Part shown: positions 19,676 to 27,999 of the stretch, in pieces | Layout: every line of letters begins with the position of its first letter | How positions within the stretch are numbered: the stretch's first letter is position 1 | Source of the DNA: Polyangiaceae bacterium | Lineage (GTDB): Bacteria; Myxococcota_A; Polyangia; Polyangiales; Polyangiaceae | Assembly: GCA_035318465.1 (NCBI GenBank) | Contig: DATHES010000045.1 | Location: 53,214-117,213, forward strand | Length of the DNA stretch: 64,000 bases | Reading direction: 5' to 3' | Notes under the pieces: generated by a model | What the model saw: the letters and a program-made list of their open reading frames with translations, nothing else | What the model was told of the DNA's origin: nothing | Databases searched by the model: none | Made by a program: the position numbers and the translations under genes

Positions 19676-19804
19676 CGGCGTGGATTCACGTTAGGCACGT
19701 TTTTCGAGGCGGTCCATCGGCGCGCCGCGACTTTTGCGAGTCTAAGACCTTCGTCGCACGGCTTTTGCCCCGCGACGTTCCCACGCCGCGCCGAGGACGA
19801 GGTG

Positions 19805-20182
19805 TTAGCTGCTCGCTTCGCGTGCGCTCGGTGCGGCGATGGTTCCCCGCCCTTTGGCGGTGTCCACCACGACGCGCAGCGGCACCGCCAATCGAATATG
19901 GCGGACCGCACCTCCCACCGCCTCGTGAAGCGCGGGCTGCGCGTCGAGCCAAGCCCAGTCGATGAACGCCTCGGCCGAGCGACGCGCCACGCAGAGGTAA
20001 GCGATGCCCAACGACGTCAGATTGTGGAAGAAAGGCGACCCCTGTGAAGGCTCGACTTCGAGATCGGCGAAGTCGGTCTCCACGATGACGCGCGCCGCAG
20101 AGATCTGCGACCAGGAGACGGGGATGCGAACTTCGAGCGATGCCGCGGAGCGGCGCGGTTGTGGCGATGAATCGCTGGTCAC
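19805..20182 (-). CDS. hypothetical protein (weak PilZ-like features)
   Basis: 125-aa ORF (GTG start) with high third-position GC and non-shadow composition. Contains RR...R and NLTSLG segments loosely like the PilZ motifs RxxxR and (D/N)xSxxG. Lies 129 nt upstream of ftsH on the same strand. Confidence 0.45.
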   Translation of the reverse strand: MTSDSSPQPRRSAASLEVRIPVSWSQISAARVIVETDFADLEVEPSQGSPFFHNLTSLGIAYLCVARRSAEAFIDWAWLDAQPALHEAVGGAVRHIRLAVPLRVVVDTAKGRGTIAAPSAREASS

Positions 20183-20255
20183 GTGCGCCGTTCGAGGTTA
20201 CACGTCCACGTCGCGGCCTCGCCGTCCCTTGCGCTCCCGAGAAGGACCGTTCGAA

Positions 20256-20642
20256 ATGCAAAGATCGCCTGTGGTCGTCGCCCTTGCTTTCCTGCTCGCC
20301 TCGCTGGTCGTCTGCGGTTGCGCCACGGCCAACGGACCGAATTCCGCCGCTGCCCCGCCCTCCTCGACGGCCGCCGCAGCGACGGGCTACACCGCGGAGC
20401 TTCTCGCGCGCGCAGTCGGTCCGACCGGCAAAGTGTACGGTCAAAACCCGAAATGGGTTCTAGAACAATACGCGGAAAAGTGGTGGAGCAACCGGCTGAC
20501 CAAACCGGTCAAGGTGAACCGCGCCGTCTTCCAAGCGCTCCAACCGGGCGGCATCTACGCCATCGTCGATCACAGTGCCCGCGCGGGCGCGGACGGGACC
20601 GATGCCAAGGCGCACCCTGCCTCGCTCGTACCGCGGGCGTGA
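20256..20642 (+). CDS. truncated COG4798-like methyltransferase-fold lipoprotein (probable gene remnant)
   Basis: Signal MQRSPVVVALAFLLASLVVCGC. The segments GYTAELLARAVGPTGKVYGQN and NRAVFQALQPGGIYAIVDHSA match that family, but the middle and the C-terminal third appear to be missing. The ORF ends at an AT-richer patch. Confidence 0.45.
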   Translation: MQRSPVVVALAFLLASLVVCGCATANGPNSAAAPPSSTAAAATGYTAELLARAVGPTGKVYGQNPKWVLEQYAEKWWSNRLTKPVKVNRAVFQALQPGGIYAIVDHSARAGADGTDAKAHPASLVPRA

Positions 20643-20726
20643 ATCCCGGATAATACCTGACATAAGGCTGTCATCTGGCATTGCTAAAGTCCTGTCAGCA
20701 CTTCGAAATAACCAAGGAGACCGACC

Positions 20727-21143
20727 ATGGATGCGAACACCGGAAAGCAGAAGAAGCACCTCGGCACCTGCCACTGCGGCGATGTCCGCTTCGAAGCCGA
20801 AATCGATGCCACCGCCGGCAGCCGATGCAACTGCTCGGTCTGCACCAAGACCAGCATCACCGGGGGGGTCGTCAAGCCCGCGGCCTTCGCCCTGTTGACC
20901 GATGAATCCAAGCTCTCCATGTACGAATGGGCCAGCAAGACGCAGCAGCGGTACTTCTGCAAACGCTGCGGCGTGCACTGCTTTGGCCGCGGGCACCTCG
21001 AGCAGCTCGGCGGCGACTACGTGTCCGTCAATCTCAACTGCATCGACGACATCGATCTGCGCGACGTCAGCCTGATCTTCTGGGACGGCCGCCACAACAA
21101 CTGGCAGGGGGGTCCGCGCAAGGAACCGTGGCCCCTAGCGTGA
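20727..21143 (+). CDS. GFA (glutathione-dependent formaldehyde-activating/CENP-V) family protein
   Basis: CHCGDVRF...CNCSVC...FCKRCG Cys pattern typical of the GFA fold. SD aaggag lies upstream. Confidence 0.85.
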   Translation: MDANTGKQKKHLGTCHCGDVRFEAEIDATAGSRCNCSVCTKTSITGGVVKPAAFALLTDESKLSMYEWASKTQQRYFCKRCGVHCFGRGHLEQLGGDYVSVNLNCIDDIDLRDVSLIFWDGRHNNWQGGPRKEPWPLA

Positions 21144-21959
21144 GCTCCCCTTCTCGGTCGAGCCGCGCACGAGGTACTGCTTGGGGAGCGTCTCGCCGCG
21201 GACCACCTCCGCGCGCAAGCCGCCCCCCTCGAGCTCTTTGATGACTTGTTCGGCCGACAGCCGGTGCTCTTTCGGCGGGCCCGTGTCGGCCTCGAGCGTG
21301 AAGTCGACGACGAGGAGCGACCCTCCCGGACGGAGCGCGCGCGACAGCTTGGCTGCGTAGCCTGCGCGCTCGTCGATGTGATGCCAGGTGTTGACGATGA
21401 GAATGTGATCGACACTGCCCGGCGCGAGCCCGGGATCATCGGGGGCGACGACGCGCGCCTCGACGTTGGTGAAGTTGCCGCGTCGACTGCGCAGCTTCAT
21501 GTACTCCACCATGTTCGGTTCGACGTCGAGGGCGAGCACGCGGCCCTGTCTGCCTACCGCCTTCGACAGGTACGAAAGAAAATAGCCGGTCCCCGCGCCG
21601 ATGTCGGCGACGACCTGGCCCGCCCCGAGATCGAGAAAGCGCACCACTTCGGTCGGCTTTTGCCAAGCGTCGCGCTCGGGCCCATCGAAGTGACGAGCGA
21701 AGCGTTCCACCGCCGAAAAATCCATGTGGTAGCCGGTGTTCCCGTGAGCATGCTCGTGGTGATGACCATCGTGACTCGGGTCCGGTGTGGCGGGGGGCGG
21801 CGGCGGATCGCGCGTCTCGGCGAGCGAAGCCGCGGCGGGCGCCGAGCTTTGGGCCGGCGCCGCGGCGGGTGCAACGGCCGGCGGCCGCTCGGCGGGGACT
21901 GGCGCGGAGCTCGATGCCGCGCAGCCAACGAGAAGGAAGGTCAATCCACGCCCATCCAT
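21135..21959 (-). CDS. class I SAM-dependent methyltransferase-fold lipoprotein with His-rich segment
   Basis: Trimmed to MDGRGLTFLLVGC. Has HDGHHHEHAHGNTGYH followed by FDGPERDAWQKP...VVADIGAGTGYF (motif I) and ALRPGGSLLVVDF. Confidence 0.85.
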   Translation of the reverse strand: MDGRGLTFLLVGCAASSSAPVPAERPPAVAPAAAPAQSSAPAAASLAETRDPPPPPATPDPSHDGHHHEHAHGNTGYHMDFSAVERFARHFDGPERDAWQKPTEVVRFLDLGAGQVVADIGAGTGYFLSYLSKAVGRQGRVLALDVEPNMVEYMKLRSRRGNFTNVEARVVAPDDPGLAPGSVDHILIVNTWHHIDERAGYAAKLSRALRPGGSLLVVDFTLEADTGPPKEHRLSAEQVIKELEGGGLRAEVVRGETLPKQYLVRGSTEKGSSR

Positions 21960-21979
21960 GGCATCACCTCGCGCGCGTT

Positions 21980-22501
21980 TCAGGGGATCGGCACCTGCGC
22001 GGACGACGAGGCCGCGGGGGACACGGTGGCGGCAGGTTCCAGCTTGACGTTGAACGTGCAGCGCTGCTTCAGGGCCACGGAATGGGTGAGACTGTTTTTT
22101 ACGACGCACATGGGGATGACGCCGTCGGCGCCGTCCTTGCCGCGGGACGCGAGTTCGATCCGGCCACCGGGTACGAGCGTCGCGAGAAAGTCGGCGGCAG
22201 GCGCATTGACGGCATGGCAGGGCTCCGTGAGCTTGCGCATCGCCGCTTCGACGCCTTTGGAGTCCATCTTCTTGGCGTCAGGGCAATCTTCGACGACGAA
22301 CGACGTGCCCGCCGAGGCGATCGAGGGCCCGCTTGCGGTTGATGGCGATTTGGCCTCCGCGGGCGGATGAGCGATGCGGCGCGTGCAGCTGGCGAGCAGA
22401 ACCCCCGATGCGACTGCCCCTAGGGCGAAGAGCCGAACAACCGTCACCCTCGATGCATACCACCTTTGGACTCCAGCTGCCGAGGCGGGCGGCCGGCGCA
22501 C
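21980..22501 (-). CDS. hypothetical lipoprotein
   Basis: Signal ...VVRLFALGAVASGVLLASC. Coding-like composition. Lies 20 nt upstream of the methyltransferase gene. The start is uncertain. Confidence 0.6.
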   Translation of the reverse strand: MRRPPASAAGVQRWYASRVTVVRLFALGAVASGVLLASCTRRIAHPPAEAKSPSTASGPSIASAGTSFVVEDCPDAKKMDSKGVEAAMRKLTEPCHAVNAPAADFLATLVPGGRIELASRGKDGADGVIPMCVVKNSLTHSVALKQRCTFNVKLEPAATVSPAASSSAQVPIP

Positions 22502-22570
22502 GAGAAGAACGCGAACGCACGCCCCCGTTTTGTCCGCGACGCGAGACCCCTGTCGATGCGATCTCGACGG

Positions 22571-22747
22571 CTACGGATTCAGGCGGCGCTCGAGATGATT
22601 CAGATCGCCGCCAATGCCCACGGGCTCGCGGAATTGCTCTTCCCACACTCGGTAGCTGTCACCGCGGTCATCGACTTCGTAGTGAAACTCGAGACGCAGG
22701 GGGATGCGTTCGGGGACATCGCTCGTCGAACGTTTCTCGTTGGCCAT
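22571..22747 (-). CDS. small hypothetical protein (58 aa, below ORF-track cutoff)
   Basis: Hand translation: MANEKRSTSDVPERIPLRLEFHYEVDDRGDSYRVWEEQFREPVGIGGDLNHLERRLNP, stop TAG. A strong SD gaaggagga lies 6 nt before ATG 22747. Codons are G/C3-rich. Confidence 0.5.
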   Translation of the reverse strand: MANEKRSTSDVPERIPLRLEFHYEVDDRGDSYRVWEEQFREPVGIGGDLNHLERRLNP

Positions 22748-22945
22748 AGCGTCCTCCTTCGGTGAAAGTTGGGGTCGGGGGCGAGAAGGGACGAGGTCAC
22801 CTAATACCGATCTCGCGCGCTCGCAACCATTCGCAGCGGTTGTGGCAAGATGAGGTCTTGCGCGTGGGCGATGTCATTGAATCCTGGTTCGCGTAGCGAA
22901 TGCGCAGCGGGCGGGCGAGCGCCGTTGCTTCGTGGCATGCGTCCT

Positions 22946-23899
22946 TCATCCCTTGCGTACTTCACGCGCTCGAAATTCGGTCGGCGTTTGCCCCGTCCAG
23001 CGCTTGAAGGCCTTGTGAAAAGACACCACGTCGGCAAAGCCGAGGAGAAAGGCGACCTCGCTGGTCGCCTGATTCTTTTCGCGCAGGTACTGCCGGGCCA
23101 GCTCCTCGCGCAATGCTTCCACGATCGCGCTAAAGCGGGTGTCTTCCTCGTCGAGCCTCCGGCGCAACGTGGCGACGCTCATGCCGAGCTTGCGCGCGAC
23201 GTTCTCCATGGTGATGTCGCCGCGACTGAGCTCGGCGAAGACGATCTCGCGCACCCGGCCTCGTACGGTGCGATTTTTTTGCAGCTTTTCCAGAAGGCGC
23301 CGCACCTGGAGCTCGAACGCCGCCGAGACGCGCGGGTTGGCGCGCTGCATGGGAGCGTCGAGCCGATCGCGCCGCATCACGATGGCGTTGCAGGACGCGG
23401 CGAAGCTGACCTTGGTGCCGAACACACGCGCGTACTCACCGAGGTACGTCGTAGGCTCGTGCGCAAACTGCACTTCCGTCACGAGATCGTCGATCGCCGT
23501 GTGGCGTCGCGCGTGCGTGACGAGCAAGGCGACCACGAAGTCATTGGAGGCGGGCGGCGGCGGATAGGGAAGGTCGAGGCGATAGCGGATCGTCGCGGTC
23601 TCCCCGCTTTCGACGAGAGAAATTTCCGCCGCGTCGCTCAACAGACGCACGTAACGGCTGACGCAGCCGACGGACTCGCGCAGCGTGGTGCAGCTCTGCG
23701 CAGCGTACTCGAGGACATCGAAGTCTCCCGGCTCGATGAGCTCGCCGGCGCGGAGTCCCAGCGCCGGATCGCCCGAGCTGTCGAGGGACGCGTTGAGCAA
23801 CTCGATGGCGTCGCGCAGGGCAAGCCGGGTGTCCGGATTGGCGTATTCGGCGGGGCCCAGCCCGATCTTCGACATCGTGGCGAGCGCGCCGGGGTACAT
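22946..23899 (-). CDS. AraC family transcriptional regulator
   Basis: C-terminal HTH (ITMENVARKLGMSVATLRRRL....FS........R...A...L......S..EVAFLLGFADVVSFHKAFKRWTG.TP.EFR) and an N-terminal AraC-type ligand-binding region. Trimmed to MYPGAL (ATG 23899). Confidence 0.85.
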   Translation of the reverse strand: MYPGALATMSKIGLGPAEYANPDTRLALRDAIELLNASLDSSGDPALGLRAGELIEPGDFDVLEYAAQSCTTLRESVGCVSRYVRLLSDAAEISLVESGETATIRYRLDLPYPPPPASNDFVVALLVTHARRHTAIDDLVTEVQFAHEPTTYLGEYARVFGTKVSFAASCNAIVMRRDRLDAPMQRANPRVSAAFELQVRRLLEKLQKNRTVRGRVREIVFAELSRGDITMENVARKLGMSVATLRRRLDEEDTRFSAIVEALREELARQYLREKNQATSEVAFLLGFADVVSFHKAFKRWTGQTPTEFRAREVRKG

Positions 23900-24154
23900 G
23901 GCGGCAAGCCGCGCATACGGCCAGACGAGCCGGATCGATACCTGCGCCGGCGCACGCTGGGCACGGGTCACGCGACGCCACCCCCCCACCACGGCTCGCA
24001 GACGGCGCGCCTTGTACCATGAGCGCTGGAGACAATCGTTCTGAGCGCCCCAACGGATTGAAAAAAAGTCGCCCGCACCGCACGCTCGATGAAAGGTGAC
24101 GCGATCGAGCCCCGGGGCGCGCCCGGCTCGTGTCGATCGTCGACCCCTGACCTC

Positions 24155-25741
24155 ATGAAATCGCTCATTCGCATCGAAAGCGCTGCAATCCTCGTTGGCT
24201 TGACCCTCTTGCGTTGCGCCGGCGAGGAGCCCACCGATGATAAAGGAGGAGCGGGCCTGGGCGGAGCGGGATCGACGGGAAATCCCGGGGGAGGCCAAGA
24301 CGCGAGCTTCCCGAGGGGCGGCGCCAGTGGGTCGTCCGGGGCTCCTGGCACCGCAGGCAAGTCCGGATCGGGCGGCAACGGCGGGTCCGGGTCGGGTGGC
24401 GACGCTGGCACGTCGGGTTCCGGCGGCACGGCAGGCACGGCAGGATCGGGCGGGGGCGGTCGCTCGGGGTCGAGCGGCGCGAGCGGCGCGAGCGGCGCGG
24501 CAGGTATGTCGCCGTCCGACGGCGGGATCGAGGCGTCACGAGGTGACACCGGCGGAACTGACGATGCGACCTGTACACCCGATCGGGCCGGCACGTTCGT
24601 GAACCTGGCGGTGACGCCCGGCGCACCGCTCGACCGTACGCAATCGGGCGCCCCTGTTCCGGGCATGTCGGCTCCTCCCGGTTGGAACTGGTACACGATC
24701 GACGGCGCCATGTGCCGGGACGGCTCGCCCACCGGATTTTACGTGCGCTACGGCTCGGTGAATCGGCTTCTCCTCTATTTGGAAGGGGGCGGCGCCTGCA
24801 CGAGCCTCGGTTTCTGCGATCACAACCCCGCCAACCTCAGCCAAGTCTTCGCCGCGGGCGGCGAAACCGTGCTCGGCTCGACCTTCCTCTTGCCTGGACT
24901 TCAGCAGCCCGGCACGGCCGGCATTTTCGACATGACCAACGCCGCTAATCCTTTCAAGGACTGGAACCAGATTTACGTCCCCTATTGCACCGGTGACGTG
25001 CATTTCGGCAACAAGCGCGACGCGATGGTGACCGGCGTCACGGCGTTGCAGCAGTTCGTCGGTTATCCCAACATGCAGAAGTTCGTCGCCCGCATCGTGC
25101 CCACATTTGCCGGCATCGAGAGAGTGGTGCTGGCCGGGGCGAGCGCGGGCGGCTTCGGCGCCGGTCTCGACTTCGGCCTCGTGCAAGACTCCTTTGCCTC
25201 GGTGCCCGTCGCCATCCTGGACGACTCCGGCCCACCCCTTTCCACCAAGTATTTGCCGTCTTGTTTACAGAAGATCTGGCGCGACACCTGGGGCATGGAC
25301 GCGTCGCTGCCCGCCGACTGCACGGAATGCCGCGAGGCCGATGGCAGTGGGCTCATGAACATCGTCGACTATTGGAGGCGAAAGTATCCGCTGGCTCGCG
25401 TCGCGCTCGTGGAGAGCGTGCACGACGAAGTCATCCGACTCTTCTTTTCGGCCGGTAACGACAACTGCGCCAACAATGACCCGATTCTCTTGTTCCTCGG
25501 CACATTGACGCTCACTTACGACGCCAACAAGTTCCAAGAAGGGCTCATCGATTTGCGCACGCGTTACGCGTGTTCGAATCAATTTGCCAGCTATTACGTG
25601 AGCACGCTCTTCAACGACACGCCTCATCAACAGATCTTTCGCGATCGGTTCTATCAACCCATTGCCAATGGAAGCACGGTAACGGTGGCGCAGTGGGTAT
25701 CGGACTTTCTCGCCGACCGGATGACGCACGTCGGGCCGTAA
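24155..25741 (+). CDS. pectin acetylesterase (PAE/Notum family) lipoprotein with Gly/Ser-rich linker
   Basis: Signal MKSLIRIESAAILVGLTLLRC and a G/S/A/N-rich linker of about 110 aa. Then CRDGSPTGFYV...LLYLEGGGAC, YVPYCTGDVH and LAGASAGGFG, which are PAE-family signatures. Confidence 0.8.
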   Translation: MKSLIRIESAAILVGLTLLRCAGEEPTDDKGGAGLGGAGSTGNPGGGQDASFPRGGASGSSGAPGTAGKSGSGGNGGSGSGGDAGTSGSGGTAGTAGSGGGGRSGSSGASGASGAAGMSPSDGGIEASRGDTGGTDDATCTPDRAGTFVNLAVTPGAPLDRTQSGAPVPGMSAPPGWNWYTIDGAMCRDGSPTGFYVRYGSVNRLLLYLEGGGACTSLGFCDHNPANLSQVFAAGGETVLGSTFLLPGLQQPGTAGIFDMTNAANPFKDWNQIYVPYCTGDVHFGNKRDAMVTGVTALQQFVGYPNMQKFVARIVPTFAGIERVVLAGASAGGFGAGLDFGLVQDSFASVPVAILDDSGPPLSTKYLPSCLQKIWRDTWGMDASLPADCTECREADGSGLMNIVDYWRRKYPLARVALVESVHDEVIRLFFSAGNDNCANNDPILLFLGTLTLTYDANKFQEGLIDLRTRYACSNQFASYYVSTLFNDTPHQQIFRDRFYQPIANGSTVTVAQWVSDFLADRMTHVGP

Positions 25742-25822
25742 GCCAGCTTTTGGACTGGGGCCGACGGCCCCTGCACGCGTCGCGATGTCCGTGCTATCGC
25801 GCACCCCTCGAAGGAGGCAGCG

Positions 25823-26611
25823 ATGGCAGACCAAGACAAAGCAGCCCTCGGTACGGTGGCATGGGTCGACTTGCAGACGCCCGACCTCGACAAGGCGCGC
25901 AAGTTCTACGGCGAGCTCTTGGGCTGGTCGTTCATCGGCGGCGATGACCCGAACTCCGGGTTTTATACGACCGCCCAGATCCGCGGTCGCAAGGTGGCTG
26001 GCTTGGCCAAGCCGCCGCGCGAAGCCAATTCCCTACCGGCGTGGACCGTCTACTTGGCTGCCAGCAACGCCGATGACATTGCCCGTAAAACCAAGGAGGC
26101 AGGTGGTCAGGTGTTGATGCCGCCAATGGACGTGATGGAACAGGGCCGGATGGCGATCCTCAGCGATCCCACCGGTGCCGCTTTCGGCGTCTGGCAGGCG
26201 AAAGCACATCGCGGGGCCGAAGTCATCGACGAGCCGGGCGCGATGACCTGGCACGAGGTGTACACCCGCGACGCGACCAAGGCGCGCGAGTTCTATGCCC
26301 GCGTGTTCGGGCTCGAGCAAAAGCGCCTCGATAGCCCGAGCATGGAATACTGGACGCTGCACCAAGGCCCGAAGACGGTCGGGGGCGTGATGCAGATGAC
26401 ACCCGCCATGCCCAAAGACCTCCCCGCGCATTGGAGCACCTACTTCGCGGTGGCCGATGCCGACGCCGCGGCCAAGAAGGTGACGGCGCTCGGCGGCAAA
26501 CTCGTGGCCCCTCCGTTCGACACGCCTTACGGGCGAATGGCGGCCGTCTCCGATCCATTTGGCGCTGCGTTCTCGGTCGTCAAGCTTCCGGCTGCCCAGC
26601 CCGGATCCTAG
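25823..26611 (+). CDS. VOC (glyoxalase/bleomycin-resistance fold) family protein, two tandem domains
   Basis: Two repeats of the pattern W.DL...D..KA..FY..(L/F)GW......(M)...DP.GA.FGV. SD gaaggagg lies upstream. Confidence 0.85.
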   Translation: MADQDKAALGTVAWVDLQTPDLDKARKFYGELLGWSFIGGDDPNSGFYTTAQIRGRKVAGLAKPPREANSLPAWTVYLAASNADDIARKTKEAGGQVLMPPMDVMEQGRMAILSDPTGAAFGVWQAKAHRGAEVIDEPGAMTWHEVYTRDATKAREFYARVFGLEQKRLDSPSMEYWTLHQGPKTVGGVMQMTPAMPKDLPAHWSTYFAVADADAAAKKVTALGGKLVAPPFDTPYGRMAAVSDPFGAAFSVVKLPAAQPGS

Positions 26612-26700
26612 TCGAGGGCGGGCCCGGCCCAGGCCTGCCCACCGAAACCTTTTGCCAAAGCTCGCGTAGTATGGCTGGCTCGTGGACGTTGCGGAAATGT

Positions 26701-26736
26701 GTCGCGAGCCCGTCTCGACCGATTGCGGCTCGCGAC
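26701..26736 (+). other. perfect 10-bp inverted repeat (hairpin or operator) in the leader of the second GFA gene
   Basis: gtcgcgagcc (26701-26710), then 16 nt, then ggctcgcgac (26727-26736). It ends 28 nt before ATG 26765. Confidence 0.5.
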
Positions 26737-26764
26737 ATCGCCAACCAGAGAGCGAGGAGAGAGA

Positions 26765-27205
26765 ATGAGCGCAGGAAAAACCCACAACGGGAAGTGTTTT
26801 TGCGGTGCCGTTCAGCTAACTGTGACGGGCGATCCGGTCGCCATGGGATACTGCCATTGCACGTCGTGCCGGACGTGGTCGGCCGGTCCGGTGAACGCCT
26901 TCACGCTCTGGAAGCCTGAAACTGTGAAGGTGACGAAGGGCGCGGAAAACCTCGGCACCTACAACAAGACCGAGGGTAGCGCTCGGAAATGGTGCAAGAC
27001 CTGCGGAGGCCACGTGCTCACCGAGCACCCCAATCTAGGGGGTGGTCTCACCGACGTCTACGCGGCGGTGATCCCCGATTTCCCCTTCAAGGCGGGTATC
27101 CACGTCAACTACGGCGAGACCGTGCTGCACGTTCGCGACGGCCTTCCCAAACAGAAGGATTTTCCGAAGGAGATGGGCGGTTCGGGAACGGCCGTCCCCG
27201 AGTAA
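26765..27205 (+). CDS. GFA family protein
   Basis: CFCGAVQL...CHCTSCR...WCKTCGGH Cys pattern. SD gaggag lies upstream. Trimmed from track ORF 26699... Confidence 0.85.
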   Translation: MSAGKTHNGKCFCGAVQLTVTGDPVAMGYCHCTSCRTWSAGPVNAFTLWKPETVKVTKGAENLGTYNKTEGSARKWCKTCGGHVLTEHPNLGGGLTDVYAAVIPDFPFKAGIHVNYGETVLHVRDGLPKQKDFPKEMGGSGTAVPE

Positions 27206-27221
27206 ATCCGCGCGCGCGGGG

Positions 27222-27944
27222 TCACTTCGTCGCCATGGCCGAGTGGGCCATCAATTCGAACAGCGGGCGGGGGTCCGACAAATCTTGCACGACGACGTCC
27301 GCTCCCGCGGCGCGAAGCTCGTCCGCGTCGTGATGACCCGTTGCCACGGCAAACGCGACGCACCCGTGGGCATGCGCGCATGCGATGTCGAGCGGCGTAT
27401 CGCCGATCACGATGACGCTGCTCGGGTCGGGTGACCAAGCCAATTGCTCGAGGCACCGTCGCAGCGCCAGCGCCACGAGATCGGGGCGTGTGCGACCTTC
27501 GTCGCCGAAGGCACCAATCTCGAACCACGCCGGGTCGAAGCCGCACGCCCGGAGCTTGAGCGGCGCCGCGCGGACGTAGTTGCCGGTCACGAGACCTTGC
27601 ACGACGTCGTTGTGCGTCCTGCTGCGCTCGCGCAGGATGGCGATCGCCTCCTTGATCCCGGGCATGGCGCGCGCACGCATACTGACCAGCTCGAGCTCGG
27701 CGGCGAGCTCGATCAGGTACGCGTCGTGAAACACGCGATGTCCGTCGTCGCTCGGCGTAAGGCCATTGCGGGCCAAGGCGTCCTCGAGGATGAGCGGATC
27801 GAGGCGTCCGCTGGCCAGGACGCCGTCCCACCGGAACGCCTCCCCGTACAGTTTACGAGCGGCGCGCGCCATCCCGCGCATGCCTGCGCCGTCCGTGAGG
27901 AGGAGTGTCCCGTCGATGTCCCAGAGAAGGAGGGTGCGTTTCAT
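27222..27944 (-). CDS. HAD-superfamily hydrolase (phosphoglycolate phosphatase-like)
   Basis: Motif I LLWDIDGTLL, motif II LVTGN, motif IV VIVIGDTPLDI. Trimmed to MKRTLLLWD. Confidence 0.85.
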   Translation of the reverse strand: MKRTLLLWDIDGTLLLTDGAGMRGMARAARKLYGEAFRWDGVLASGRLDPLILEDALARNGLTPSDDGHRVFHDAYLIELAAELELVSMRARAMPGIKEAIAILRERSRTHNDVVQGLVTGNYVRAAPLKLRACGFDPAWFEIGAFGDEGRTRPDLVALALRRCLEQLAWSPDPSSVIVIGDTPLDIACAHAHGCVAFAVATGHHDADELRAAGADVVVQDLSDPRPLFELMAHSAMATK

Positions 27945-27999
27945 TCGTCGGCGTTCCGTGGGTGCTTCGCTATTTTCGAGACACGCGCGCCGCGTGACC

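Noticed and set aside
22600-22800. 66-aa track ORF on the minus strand
   Set aside because: It has shadow-like composition and no SD. The overlapping 58-aa ORF in another frame has a strong SD and better codon usage.
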